A DNA stretch of 64,000 nt from an uncultured Pseudomonadota bacterium (GTDB lineage: Bacteria > Myxococcota_A > Polyangia > Fen-1088), in contig CAWKBC010000027.1 in assembly GCA_963847705.1 (NCBI GenBank), positions 879,288 to 943,287 on the forward strand. The letters run 5' to 3'. Positions 12,016 through 21,755 of this stretch are shown here, piece by piece; within the stretch, counting starts at the first letter, position 1, and each line of letters starts with the position of its first letter. Made by a program: the position numbers and the translations under genes. The notes under the pieces were generated by a model, which searched no databases, had not been told where the DNA came from, and worked only from the letters and a program-made list of their open reading frames with translations.

Positions 12016-12372
12016 ATGAAGCGAGTCGACAAGCCCTGGGGGCATGAAGTGATCTGGGCGGTGACCGACCGTTACGTCGGGAAGGTGCTGCACATCAAGG
12101 CAGGGCAGAAGCTCTCGCTGCAGTACCACCAGAAGAAGGACGAGACCGTGATGGTCTGGTCCGGGCGCATGAACTTCGAGCACTTCGTCGAGGGGCAACC
12201 TCCGCAGGTTCGGGAGATGGGCCCGGGCGAGGCCTTCCACGTCACGCCGGGGCTGCGCCACCGGATGATCGCCATCGAGGACACCGACGTCTTCGAGGTG
12301 TCGACCACCGAGCTCGATGACGTGGTCCGCCTGGAAGACGCCTACGGCCGCCAAGGAACGTCGAAGGCCTGA
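12016..12372 (+). CDS. Cupin domain protein (mannose-6-phosphate isomerase type II C-terminal-like)
   Basis: VDKPWG, LSLQYH..KDE, HRM, EVST, DVVRLEDAYGR. Confidence 0.85.
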   Translation: MKRVDKPWGHEVIWAVTDRYVGKVLHIKAGQKLSLQYHQKKDETVMVWSGRMNFEHFVEGQPPQVREMGPGEAFHVTPGLRHRMIAIEDTDVFEVSTTELDDVVRLEDAYGRQGTSKA

Positions 12373-12457
12373 CGTCGAAGGCTCGACGGCCCGAACGCGC
12401 TTTGAGGCACCGACGCCTTGACGGCGCGGCGACTGACGAGCTAAACCCCACCTCCTC

Positions 12458-13024
12458 ATGTACGACACGTCCGACATCCGCAAGGGTTTGAAGATCATGA
12501 TCGACGGCTCGCCTTACACCGTCGTCGAGTTCCAGTTCGTCAAACCGGGGAAGGGCGCGGCCTTCACGCGCACCAAGATGAAGAACCTCCTCACGGGCGG
12601 CGTCCTCGAGCGCAACCTGCGCTCGGGCGAGCGCCTCGAGCCGGCGGATGTCGAGACCAAGACGATGCAGTACCTCTACGCCGACGCCGATTCGTTCGTC
12701 TTCATGGATACGACGACGTACGACCAGGTGCAGATCCCGCGCGACACCATCGGTGACTCGGCCGGCTTCATGCCGGAGAACACCAACGTCGAGGTGCTGT
12801 TCTTCAACGGACGCGCCGTCGGCGTGACGCTCCCCAACTTCATCGAGCAGGCGGTGGTCGAGGCGGACCCGGGCTTCCGCGGCGACACCGCCACCGGCGC
12901 CACCAAGCCGGCCAAGATCTCCACCGGCGCCAGCGTCAACGTGCCGCTCTTCATCAACGTCGGCGACGTCATCAAGATCGACACGCGCACCGGGCAGTAC
13001 CTCGAGCGTCTCAGCCGCGCCTAG
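12458..13024 (+). CDS. efp: Elongation factor P
   Basis: VKPGKG (Lys34 type), GDTATG, VPLFI, DTRTGQYLER. Confidence 0.97.
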   Translation: MYDTSDIRKGLKIMIDGSPYTVVEFQFVKPGKGAAFTRTKMKNLLTGGVLERNLRSGERLEPADVETKTMQYLYADADSFVFMDTTTYDQVQIPRDTIGDSAGFMPENTNVEVLFFNGRAVGVTLPNFIEQAVVEADPGFRGDTATGATKPAKISTGASVNVPLFINVGDVIKIDTRTGQYLERLSRA

Positions 13025-13035
13025 CGGCTCCCGCC

Positions 13036-13989
13036 ATGTCAGCGACGCGCTCAGCGCTCGAAGCGCGGGGTCGCATCGTGCGCGCGGTGCGCGCCTGGTT
13101 CGAGCGGGAAGGGTTCCTCGAGGTCTCCACGCCGGCGCGCGTTCGCTCGCCGGGGCAGGAGGTGCACCTCGACGCGATCCCCGCCGGCCAAACCGGCGGC
13201 CAGGCCCACTGGCTGATCACCTCGCCCGAGTACCACCTCAAGCGTCTGGTCGCCGACGGCATCTCGCCCATCTTCGAGATCTGCCGGTGCTGGCGCGCCG
13301 AGGAGTCAGGTCCGCACCACCGGACCGAGTTCACCATGCTCGAGTGGTACCGCGCGAACGCACCGCTCGAGGTGCTGGCCGCCGACTGTGAGGCGCTGCT
13401 CGCGGTGGCCGTCCAGGCCGCGGGGCGCGATCCGCTGGGGCTCGGCCTGGTCGCCCCGTTCCCGCGGACCACCGTGCGCGAGCTGTTCGCGCGGCACGCC
13501 GGCTTCTCGCTGACGGGGGCCGAGACAGCCACGGAGCTTCGCGCCGCCGCGGAGGGCGCCGGCGTCAGCGTCGGCGCGGCGACGGCCTGGGACGACATCT
13601 TCTATCAAGTGTTCCTCGATCGCATCGAACCGGAGCTGGCCAGGTCGGGGCCGACGTTCGTCTTCGACTGGCCGGCGCCGCTGGGCGCTCTGGCGCGGCC
13701 GCACCCGCGCGATCCGCGCCTGGTGGAGCGGTTCGAGCTCTACGCCGGGGGCCTCGAGCTGGCCAACGCGTTCGGCGAGCTGACCGACCCGGTCGAGCAG
13801 CGCCGGCGGTTCGAGGAGGAGGCCGGGATCCGGGCCGCCCGCGGCAAGGCGGTCTACCCGATCGACGAGGCGCTGCTGGCGGCGCTGCCGCAGATGCCGC
13901 CCACCGCAGGAATCGCCCTTGGTCTCGACCGGTTGATCATGCTGGCGACCGGCGCCCGCGACATCTCGGAGGTCCAGGCGTTCTACTGA
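13036..13989 (+). CDS. epmA: EF-P lysine aminoacylase EpmA/GenX
   Basis: TSPEYHLKRL, EFTMLEWYR, ERFELY, ELANAF.ELTD, GIALGLDRL; no anticodon domain; adjacent to efp. Confidence 0.93.
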   Translation: MSATRSALEARGRIVRAVRAWFEREGFLEVSTPARVRSPGQEVHLDAIPAGQTGGQAHWLITSPEYHLKRLVADGISPIFEICRCWRAEESGPHHRTEFTMLEWYRANAPLEVLAADCEALLAVAVQAAGRDPLGLGLVAPFPRTTVRELFARHAGFSLTGAETATELRAAAEGAGVSVGAATAWDDIFYQVFLDRIEPELARSGPTFVFDWPAPLGALARPHPRDPRLVERFELYAGGLELANAFGELTDPVEQRRRFEEEAGIRAARGKAVYPIDEALLAALPQMPPTAGIALGLDRLIMLATGARDISEVQAFY

Positions 13990-14063
13990 AGGACCCTCGG
14001 GAGGGTCCTTTTGAATCCCCCGCGACGAGCGCCATCGGGCAGAAGCCCATCGGCGCTCAGGCG
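13989..14063 (-). repeat. Two-hairpin element immediately after the epmA stop
   Basis: AAGGACCCT-CGGG-AGGGTCCTT followed by CCCCCGCG and the GAGCGCC...GGCGCTC hairpin. Confidence 0.8.
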
Positions 14064-14134
14064 ACCCAGGCGCATAAACCTTGCCCGTTTTTAGCTTCCC
14101 TGCTAGACGTTTGCCCCGGCTGGAGGCCCTCTTC

Positions 14135-14497
14135 GTGACTCAATTCCTAAATGGTCTGGCGCAAGCTGCTCCTGGTGGAGGCAGTTCGCCGTTGACGCAG
14201 TTCGTTCCCCTCATCGCGATCTTCGCAATCTTCTACTTCCTGGTGCTGCGCCCGCAGTCCAAGAAGGCCAAGGATCACCAGAAGATGCTGTCGGAGCTGA
14301 AGAAGGGGGACGACGTCTCCACGCAGGGCGGGATCATCGGCCGGATCACCGGCATCAAGGACAACGAGGTGACGCTCCAGGTTCAGGAGGGCGTCCGCGT
14401 CCGATTCCTCCGCAGCGCCATCACCGGCGTCTACACCGGGGACGTGCCCGCGCCCAAGTCCGACAAGACCGACAAGTCGGAAGTCAAAGCGTCGTAG
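14135..14497 (+). CDS. yajC: Preprotein translocase subunit YajC
   Basis: IFYFLVLRPQ.KK, LKKGDDV.TQGGIIG; upstream of secDF. Confidence 0.93.
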   Translation: MTQFLNGLAQAAPGGGSSPLTQFVPLIAIFAIFYFLVLRPQSKKAKDHQKMLSELKKGDDVSTQGGIIGRITGIKDNEVTLQVQEGVRVRFLRSAITGVYTGDVPAPKSDKTDKSEVKAS

Positions 14498-14530
14498 CTC
14501 GACGCTCGCCACAGACGGACAAGCGATCTC

Positions 14531-16318
14531 ATGGAACGATCTTGGTGGTGGAAGGCGGCCCTCTACGGGTTCGTCACCGTGGTGGCCGTCCTCTATCTGA
14601 TCCCGACGGTCGTCCCGGACGATAAGCAGCCGGCTTTCATCCAGAAGCACTTCCAGAAGCGGATTCAGCTGGGGCTCGATCTCCAGGGCGGTCTGCACCT
14701 GGTCTACGAGGTGAACGTCGACAAGGCGGTGGCCGGCAAGGTCGACCGCCTGGCCTCGGACATCGAGGATCGGCTGCACAAGGACAAGGGGACGAACGAT
14801 CTCGTCGTCAGCCGCGAGGGGCGCGACGACATCGTGCTCACCTTCAAGCCGCCGTCGGACGAGACCAAGCTGGACGACGCGATCCTCAAGGACTACCGCA
14901 AGACGCTGGACATCGTGAGCCGCGACGCCACGACCGGGGTGGTGCGGCTGCGCCTCGATCCCGACCAGGTGGAAGAGGTGCGGGACTACGCCCTCCGCCA
15001 GGGGATCGAGACGATTCGCGGGCGCGTCGACAAGTTCGGCGTCTCCGAGCCCACCATCATCAAGAAGGGGACCGACATCATCGTCGAGCTCCCGGGGCTG
15101 AAGTCGGCCGACTTCGAGCGGATCAAGTCGATCATCGGCCGCACCGCGCAGCTCGAGTTCAAGATCGTCGACGACGGCTCGGACTACATGAAGAAGGTCG
15201 CGGCGTCCGTGCCCAAGAACGCCGGCATCGACGTGGTCCCCGAGTCCTGGACCGAGAAGGATTCGGGCAAGCCGCACGAGGACGTGACGCTCCGCTCGAA
15301 GAGCCGCGACACGCTGATGAAGTTCTTCGACGGCCTCACCGGCGAGCTGGCCGTCCCCCCCGATCACGAGATCGGCTACGAGGAGACGCAGGGGCACAAC
15401 GAGAACGGCGAAGCGACGCCCGATCGTTACTGGCGCACCTACTACATGCACAAGCGGGCCCCGCTGACCGGCGAGTATCTGTCGAACGCCGACCAGACCT
15501 GGGATCAGCAGACTGGCCGCCCGGAGGTCTCGTTCGAGTTCGACCGCCAGGGGGCGGCCATCTCCGAGCGGATGACCGGCGACAACATCGGCCGCAAGAT
15601 GGCCATCCTCCTCGACGACAAGATCAACAGCGCGCCGGTCATCGAGGGGCGCATCGGGGCGCGCGGCCGCATCACGCTGGGCGGCTTCGGCGATCCGTTT
15701 GCCCTTCAGCAGGAGGCCAAGGATCTGGTGGCGGTGCTCCGCTCGGGGGCGCTGCCGGCGCCGCTGCGCAAGACGTTCGAGACCCAGGTGGGGCCGACGA
15801 TGGGGCGCGACTCGGTGGAGAAGGCCAAGTTCTCCATGTACATCGGGGCCGCGGCCGTCGTCCTCTTCATGCTCATCTACTACCGGCTGTCGGGAATCAT
15901 CGCCGTCGTGGCCATGATCCTGAACCTGCTCTACATGATCGCGATTCTGGCCGCCTTCGAGGCGTCGCTGACGCTGCCAGGGATCGCCGGGCTGGTGTTG
16001 ACCATCGGCATGGCGGTCGACGCCAACATCATCATCTACGAGCGCATCCGGGAAGAGCTGCGCCTCGGCAAGTCGGTGCGCACCGCGGTCGACACCGGGT
16101 TCGCCCGCGCCTTCTGGACCGTGTTCGACGCGCACGTGACCAACTTCGTGGCCGGCGTCGTCCTCTACTCGTATGGGTCGGGGCCGATCCGGGGCTTCGC
16201 CGTGACCTTGCTGGTCGGCATCGTCACCAACCTCTTCACCTCCTACTGGCTGTCGCACTGGATGTTCGACGGCGTGGTGGGGCGCCGGGGCGCCGCGCGC
16301 GCCACCCTGTCGATCTGA
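14531..16318 (+). CDS. secD: Protein translocase subunit SecD
   Basis: LGLDLQGG, LRSGALPAP, LTLPGIAG, GMAVDAN, ERIREE. Confidence 0.97.
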   Translation: MERSWWWKAALYGFVTVVAVLYLIPTVVPDDKQPAFIQKHFQKRIQLGLDLQGGLHLVYEVNVDKAVAGKVDRLASDIEDRLHKDKGTNDLVVSREGRDDIVLTFKPPSDETKLDDAILKDYRKTLDIVSRDATTGVVRLRLDPDQVEEVRDYALRQGIETIRGRVDKFGVSEPTIIKKGTDIIVELPGLKSADFERIKSIIGRTAQLEFKIVDDGSDYMKKVAASVPKNAGIDVVPESWTEKDSGKPHEDVTLRSKSRDTLMKFFDGLTGELAVPPDHEIGYEETQGHNENGEATPDRYWRTYYMHKRAPLTGEYLSNADQTWDQQTGRPEVSFEFDRQGAAISERMTGDNIGRKMAILLDDKINSAPVIEGRIGARGRITLGGFGDPFALQQEAKDLVAVLRSGALPAPLRKTFETQVGPTMGRDSVEKAKFSMYIGAAAVVLFMLIYYRLSGIIAVVAMILNLLYMIAILAAFEASLTLPGIAGLVLTIGMAVDANIIIYERIREELRLGKSVRTAVDTGFARAFWTVFDAHVTNFVAGVVLYSYGSGPIRGFAVTLLVGIVTNLFTSYWLSHWMFDGVVGRRGAARATLSI

Positions 16319-16322
16319 GGAC

Positions 16323-17585
16323 GTGATGCCGGCGACAAACGCACATCAGAAGTTCTTCGAAATCATCAAGCCGGGCTCGAACTACGAGTTCATCGGCCGG
16401 CAGAAGTACTGGATCGGTCTGTCCATCGTCCTGGTGACGCTGACGATCATCATGCTTCCGCTCAACGCCTACGTCTTCAAGTCGCGCGGGCACATGCTGA
16501 ACTGGGGGGTCGACTTCCGGGGCGGCAGCGAGATCGTCCTGGAGTTCTCCAAGCCGGTCGAGGCGGGCGAGATTCGCAAGACGCTGGCCGACGCCGGCTT
16601 CCCCGACGCCGACGTGGTCAAGTACGCCGACCCGTCCGGGCTCAAGAAGTGGAACTACATGGTCCGCGTGGGCGCGGTCTCGGTGGTCTCCGAGCAGCAG
16701 GCCAAGCAGATCCAGGAGTCGCTCGCGCACGAAGGGGACGCCACCCTCAAGCGCTTCGAGTGGTCGGAGGGAGGCGACAAGGTCTATCTCCGCTATGACA
16801 AGCCGGTCGACCCGTCGTCGCTGGCGAGCTCGCTCAAGGCGATTGGCGTGAACACCAACCAGGTGCAGAGCTTCGGCCGCGCCGATGAGAACACCTACGA
16901 GGTGACGCTGGTCGGTCTCGACACCGAGATCCGCCACGCGCTCGACGCCAAGCTGGGCGAGGGGGCCGTCGCCGCGATTCCCTCGGTCGAGTCGGTCGGC
17001 GCCAAGGCCGGCAAGCAGCTGCAGTACGACGGGGCGCGGTCGCTGCTCTACGCGATCCTGCTGATCATGGTCTACATCGCCTTCCGCTTCGACCTGCGCT
17101 ACGGCCCGGGGACGGTGGTCGCGCTGTTGCACGACGCGGTGATCACCGTCGGCGCCTTCGCGATCACCTACAAGGAGTTCTCGCTGACCACCGTGGCGGC
17201 GGTCCTCACCATCATCGGGTATTCGATGAACGACACCATCGTCGTCTTCGATCGTATCCGCGAGAACGCCACCCGCCTGCGAGACCGGCGCTTCGACCGG
17301 GTCGTCAACCAATCGATCAACGAGACGCTGTCGCGCACCATCTGGACCAGCGCGACCGTCTTCTTCGTGACCTTCGCCATGAACGTCTTCGGCGTGGGCG
17401 TCATCCGCGACTTCGCCTTCGCCATGAACGTCGGCGTCATCGTGGGGACCTACTCGTCGATCTTCATCGCCAGCCCGATCCTCATCTGGCTCAACGACAA
17501 GTACGTCGTCAGCCAGAAGCGCCAGCAGTCTTCGGGACGCAACGCCCGCCGACCGCGCCGCGACGACGACGAGCCGGAGGTTTAA
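16323..17585 (+). CDS. secF: Protein translocase subunit SecF
   Basis: GVDFRGG, ALLHD, GYSMNDTIVVFDRIRE, GTYSSIFIA. Confidence 0.97.
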   Translation: MMPATNAHQKFFEIIKPGSNYEFIGRQKYWIGLSIVLVTLTIIMLPLNAYVFKSRGHMLNWGVDFRGGSEIVLEFSKPVEAGEIRKTLADAGFPDADVVKYADPSGLKKWNYMVRVGAVSVVSEQQAKQIQESLAHEGDATLKRFEWSEGGDKVYLRYDKPVDPSSLASSLKAIGVNTNQVQSFGRADENTYEVTLVGLDTEIRHALDAKLGEGAVAAIPSVESVGAKAGKQLQYDGARSLLYAILLIMVYIAFRFDLRYGPGTVVALLHDAVITVGAFAITYKEFSLTTVAAVLTIIGYSMNDTIVVFDRIRENATRLRDRRFDRVVNQSINETLSRTIWTSATVFFVTFAMNVFGVGVIRDFAFAMNVGVIVGTYSSIFIASPILIWLNDKYVVSQKRQQSSGRNARRPRRDDDEPEV

Positions 17586-17588
17586 CAC

Positions 17589-17662
17589 AGGAACCCTGGG
17601 AGGGTTCCTGCGACCTCCCGCGAAGAGGTCGCGCGAGCAAAGCTCGCTCGCCCTCACGCGAT
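17589..17662 (-). repeat. Two-hairpin element after the secF stop
   Basis: AGGAACCCT-GGG-AGGGTTCCT, CCTCCCGCG, GAGG..GCGAGC-AAA-GCTCGC..CCTC-ACGCGAT. Confidence 0.85.
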
Positions 17663-17715
17663 GCGCCCCGTTTGTTCGTCGGTTTATCCACAGGTTGCGG
17701 TGCTAGGGTGCCGAG

Positions 17716-19395
17716 GTGAGCATCGCCTGGCGTGCGCCTTCGATTGACGGTCAGGTGGCCGCGGCGCTGGCGACGGAGGCCAGGCTGAAGCCGCTGACGG
17801 CGCGGGTGCTGGTGGGCCGGGGGATCATTCGGGCAGACGCTGTCTCGAAATTTCTGGAGCCGCGGCTCAGCGATCTTCGGCGCCCCGACGGAATGGCGGA
17901 TCTGCCGCGCGCGGTCGACCGGCTGGTGGCCGCCCTGGGCGCCGGCCAGACGATCGGTGTCTTCGGCGACTACGACGTCGACGGCGTGACCACCGCGGCG
18001 ACGCTGGCCAGCGCCCTGCGGGCGTTCGGCGGCAAGGTCATCGCGCGCGCCGCCAGCCGACAGGCCGGGTACGGTCTCGGCGTCGAGGACGTGGCGCGCT
18101 TCGCCGCGGAGGGCTGCCGGGTGCTCGTCACCGGCGACTGCGGCACCAGCGACCACGAGGCGCTGGCGACCGGCCGCGCGCGCGGCCTCGACGTCATCGT
18201 CATCGACCACCACGAGCTGCCGACCGGGGAAACGGCGGCGTACGCGATGGTCAACTCACGTCGTCCGGACGACACCTTCCCGTTCAAGGGGCTCGCCTCC
18301 TGTGGGGTGGCGTTCTACCTGGCGGCGGCGCTGCGCACCCGCCTCGGCGCCAGCTTCGATCCCCGCGAGCTGCTCGATCTGGTGGCGCTGGGGACGATCG
18401 CCGATCTGGTGCCGCTCACCGATGAGAACCGGATCCTGGTCGCCGCCGGGCTCAAGATCCTGTCGGCGCGCAAGCGGCCGGGCCTGGCCGCGCTCATGGA
18501 GCGGGCCGAGCTCACCGGGGGGCCCATCACCGCCCACCAGGCGGCGTTTCGGCTGACGCCGCGCCTCAACGCGGCCGGGCGGCTCGGCGAAGCGCAGCTG
18601 GCGCTCGATCTCTTGCTGGCGTCGCCCGCCGACGCGCCCCGCCTGGCCGAGGCGATCGACGAGCAGAACACCGAGCGGCAACGAATCCAGGAGCTGGTCT
18701 GGATGGAGGCCCGCGCGCAGGCGGCCGACCAGTCCGACGCGCCGGCCGTGGTGGTCGGGGCCGAGGGGTGGCACCAGGGGGTGGTCGGGATCATCGCCGC
18801 CCGCCTGGTCGACCAGCTGGCCCGCCCGGCGATCGCCATCGGCTTCAAGAACGGCGAGGGGCGCGGCTCGGCCCGGACAGTGCCGGGGGTGAACCTGTTC
18901 GAGGCGCTCGGCGCCTGCAGCGTTCATCTGACCAAGTTCGGGGGCCACGCCGGAGCCGCCGGGATGAGCATCGCCCTCGACCGGCTGGACCCCTTTCGGG
19001 CGGCCTTCGCCGCCGAGTCTGCCCGCCAGCTCTCCGGACGGACCGCGGCGACGGTCGAGGTCGACGCCGAGGTGGCGCTCGGCGATCTCAATCTGCCGTT
19101 TGCCGAAGAGCTGGCCCGCCTGGCGCCGTTCGGCGCGGCCAACCGCGAGCCGCTGTTCGCCTTACGGGGCGTCACCACCCGCGCCACCCGCGTGGTGGGG
19201 AAGGGGCACCTGCAGCTGACGCTCGACCACGAGGGGACCATCAGCGAGGCGATCGCCTTTGGCTTCGGCGACGAGGATCCCGGGCCGGGCGCGGTGCTCG
19301 ATCTGGTGGCGACCGCCGAGCTCGACACCTTCCGGGGGACCCGCCGGACACGGCTGAGGGTGACCAAACTCGCCCGCCGGCCAAACGCCGACTAA
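17716..19395 (+). CDS. recJ: ssDNA exonuclease RecJ
   Basis: GDYDVDG, DCG, IDHH, LGTIAD, PRLNAAGR, GSAR, FGGH..AAG. Confidence 0.95.
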   Translation: MSIAWRAPSIDGQVAAALATEARLKPLTARVLVGRGIIRADAVSKFLEPRLSDLRRPDGMADLPRAVDRLVAALGAGQTIGVFGDYDVDGVTTAATLASALRAFGGKVIARAASRQAGYGLGVEDVARFAAEGCRVLVTGDCGTSDHEALATGRARGLDVIVIDHHELPTGETAAYAMVNSRRPDDTFPFKGLASCGVAFYLAAALRTRLGASFDPRELLDLVALGTIADLVPLTDENRILVAAGLKILSARKRPGLAALMERAELTGGPITAHQAAFRLTPRLNAAGRLGEAQLALDLLLASPADAPRLAEAIDEQNTERQRIQELVWMEARAQAADQSDAPAVVVGAEGWHQGVVGIIAARLVDQLARPAIAIGFKNGEGRGSARTVPGVNLFEALGACSVHLTKFGGHAGAAGMSIALDRLDPFRAAFAAESARQLSGRTAATVEVDAEVALGDLNLPFAEELARLAPFGAANREPLFALRGVTTRATRVVGKGHLQLTLDHEGTISEAIAFGFGDEDPGPGAVLDLVATAELDTFRGTRRTRLRVTKLARRPNAD

Positions 19396-19412
19396 GCTCC
19401 GGCCTGTCCGCC

Positions 19413-19697
19413 GTGCGCTCTCGCCGCCTCATCGATCAGCTCCCGCCCCCGCCGCCACCCCCGGAACGGAGCTTTTGGCAGCTTCTGCCGCGCCGAAATC
19501 TGCGCCGCGCGCTACTGCTGATCATCGCCATCGTCGCCGTCATCGCCATCAAGCGCAGTGGGGGTCTGTCTCTCGACCGGATCTTCCAGCAGGTCGCGCC
19601 ACCCACTCCGGCGCCGACCCCGGAGCCGAGCGGCAGCTTCCACCACCTCGAAGTCCACCCGTCTCCGGCGCAGCCGCACGACCTGCCCCAAAAATGA
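19413..19697 (+). CDS. Small single-TM Pro-rich hypothetical protein
   Basis: GTG 19413; hydrophobic ALLLIIAIVAVIAI segment; fills the recJ-terC gap. Confidence 0.55.
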   Translation: MRSRRLIDQLPPPPPPPERSFWQLLPRRNLRRALLLIIAIVAVIAIKRSGGLSLDRIFQQVAPPTPAPTPEPSGSFHHLEVHPSPAQPHDLPQK

Positions 19698-19698
19698 A

Positions 19699-20655
19699 AT
19701 GACCGCGCCTGGCGAGCCGATGGCGTGGGTGATCTTTGGCGTGGTCGTCGCAACCATGCTCGCGCTCGACCTGGGCGTGTTTCACCGCAAGGCGCACACC
19801 GTCCGCGGGCGCGAGGCGGCGATCTGGTCCGTCATCTGGATCAGCGTGGCGCTGCTCTTCAACCTCGGCATCTACTTCCGGTCCGGATCTGACCGCGGGC
19901 TGGAGTTCTTTCAGGCCTGGCTGATCGAAAAGGCGCTCTCCGTCGACAACCTGTTCGTCTTTCTGGCGGCGTTCTCCTTCTTCGCCGTCCCCGAGAACCT
20001 GCAACACCGCGTGCTGTTCTGGGGGATCCTGGGCGCGCTCATCACCCGGGGCGTGTTCATCGCGGTGGGCGCCGCGCTGCTGGCCGCTTTCCACTGGGTC
20101 ACCTACATCTTCGGCGTCTTTCTGGTGGTGACTGCGCTGCGCCTGCTGTTCGGCGGCGACGAGGAGGTCCGCCCCGAGAAGAACCCGGTGCTGGTGCTGT
20201 TCCGCCGCTTCGTCCGGTCGACCCCCGACTACGACGGGGCGCATTTCCTGGTCCGGCACGGCGGCAAGCTGTTCGCCACGCCTCTCCTCACCGTGTTGGT
20301 GGTGATCGAGGCGACCGACGTGGTGTTCGCCGTCGATTCGATCCCCGCGGTCTTCGGGGTCACGCGGGACGTGTTCATCGTCTACACCTCGAACATCTTC
20401 GCGGTCCTCGGCCTGCGCGCGCTCACCTTCCTGGTCGCCCGGCTGGTCCAGCGGCTGCGCTATCTGAAGGTGGGTCTGGCGCTGGTGCTCGCCTTCGTCG
20501 GCGGGAAGATGCTGATCGCCGATCGTTACCGGATCTCCGACCTGGTGTCGCTGCTCGTCGTCGCCGGCCTGCTCATCTTCGCGGCGCTGCTGTCGCTGCT
20601 CGTCCCGCCCAAAGACTCCCAGGGCTCGACCGGATCGGACGAGCCACCGGCCTAG
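19699..20655 (+). CDS. TerC/Alx family membrane protein
   Basis: LALDLGVFHR, EKALSVDNLFVF, DVVFAVDSIPA, SNIFAVLGLRAL. Confidence 0.93.
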   Translation: MTAPGEPMAWVIFGVVVATMLALDLGVFHRKAHTVRGREAAIWSVIWISVALLFNLGIYFRSGSDRGLEFFQAWLIEKALSVDNLFVFLAAFSFFAVPENLQHRVLFWGILGALITRGVFIAVGAALLAAFHWVTYIFGVFLVVTALRLLFGGDEEVRPEKNPVLVLFRRFVRSTPDYDGAHFLVRHGGKLFATPLLTVLVVIEATDVVFAVDSIPAVFGVTRDVFIVYTSNIFAVLGLRALTFLVARLVQRLRYLKVGLALVLAFVGGKMLIADRYRISDLVSLLVVAGLLIFAALLSLLVPPKDSQGSTGSDEPPA

Positions 20656-21488
20656 ACGCGACGGTGCGTCAGGACGGGCAGGGCGCTCCGCACCCGATTC
20701 TGATAGTCGAAGTCGAGACGGGCGAGGGCGACGCCTTCGTGGTCGCCACACTCGGCCAGCACCACCCCCCAGGGATCGACCACCAGCGCGTGGCCGTAGC
20801 TGCTCCGGTTCGACCCGTGCGCCCCGAACTGCGCCGGGGCCAGGGCGAAGACCTGGTTCTCGATGGCCCGCGCCCGCAGCAGGACGTGCCAGTGATCCTT
20901 GCCAGTCTCCACCGTGAACGCCGAGGGGACCGCCACGATCCGGGCGCCGCCCGCCGTCAACGCCCGGTAGAGCTCGGGAAAGCGGAGGTCATAACAGATG
21001 CTGAGCCCGAGGCCGCCCCAGGGGGTCTCGGCCACCACCGGCGCGCCACCCGGCTCGATCGCCTCCGACTCCCGGAAGCTTCTGCCACCTGGGACATCGA
21101 CGTCGAAGAGGTGCATCTTCCGGTAAAGGGACACCACCGCCCCGGAGGGGTCGAGCAGCACGGCGCTGTTGCGGATCTTGTTGCCCGCGCCCCGCTCGGG
21201 AAAGCCGCCCAGCAGCAGCCAGGTTCCGGTCGCGCGCGCCAGTTCCTGCATCGCGTTGAGAATCGGGCCGGCCGGCCTCGTCGCCGCGGCCCCGGGCTCC
21301 GGAAGGGTCTCGGCAATCGCCAGGCGATGATCCCGGTCGTTGCCGAGGAAGGCGAAGTTCTCGGGCAGACCGACCAGCAGCGCGCCGGAGGTGGCGGCCT
21401 GGCGGACCAGCTCGCGCGCACGCTCGAGGTTGGCCTCCACGTTCTCGGTCGAGGTCATCTGAACCGCGCCGACGACCAGGTCCGACAT
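20652..21488 (-). CDS. Carbon-nitrogen hydrolase (Nit1-like deaminated glutathione amidase)
   Basis: LPEN, YRKMHLFD, ICYDLRFPE, ARAIENQ, VVDPWG. Confidence 0.92.
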   Translation of the reverse strand: MSDLVVGAVQMTSTENVEANLERARELVRQAATSGALLVGLPENFAFLGNDRDHRLAIAETLPEPGAAATRPAGPILNAMQELARATGTWLLLGGFPERGAGNKIRNSAVLLDPSGAVVSLYRKMHLFDVDVPGGRSFRESEAIEPGGAPVVAETPWGGLGLSICYDLRFPELYRALTAGGARIVAVPSAFTVETGKDHWHVLLRARAIENQVFALAPAQFGAHGSNRSSYGHALVVDPWGVVLAECGDHEGVALARLDFDYQNRVRSALPVLTHRRV

Positions 21489-21634
21489 GCGGCCCTAGGC
21501 TACCACGCCGGCTTTCAACCTGGACCACGGGCCGCGCAAACCGCGACCAAACGACGCCCCGCGCGGCCGCGCGGCCGACAAAAACACCCGCAAAAAACCC
21601 AAGGATCCTGAGGTTTAGCCCAAGCGCGGCTGTC

Positions 21635-21663
21635 TTGCGGACTGCAGATCACCATGTTATAAA
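21635..21663 (+). promoter_or_regulatory. Sigma70-type promoter of the rimP-nusA-infB operon
   Basis: TTGCGG-N17-TATAAA with TGn extension in an otherwise GC-rich context. Confidence 0.6.
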
Positions 21664-21697
21664 ACGCGGCCTCGAAAGATTACGTTGCCTCCGTAAC

Positions 21698-21724
21698 AGG
21701 GTGGGCCGCGTGCCCGCCCTTTTT
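21698..21724 (+). terminator. rimP-leader hairpin/attenuator
   Basis: AGGGTGGGC-CGCGT-GCCCGCCCT-TTTT upstream of rimP, resembling the known GTGGG...CCCAC rimP leader. Confidence 0.75.
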
Positions 21725-21755
21725 ATTGCCCGACACATTTTTGTTTCCAAACATC

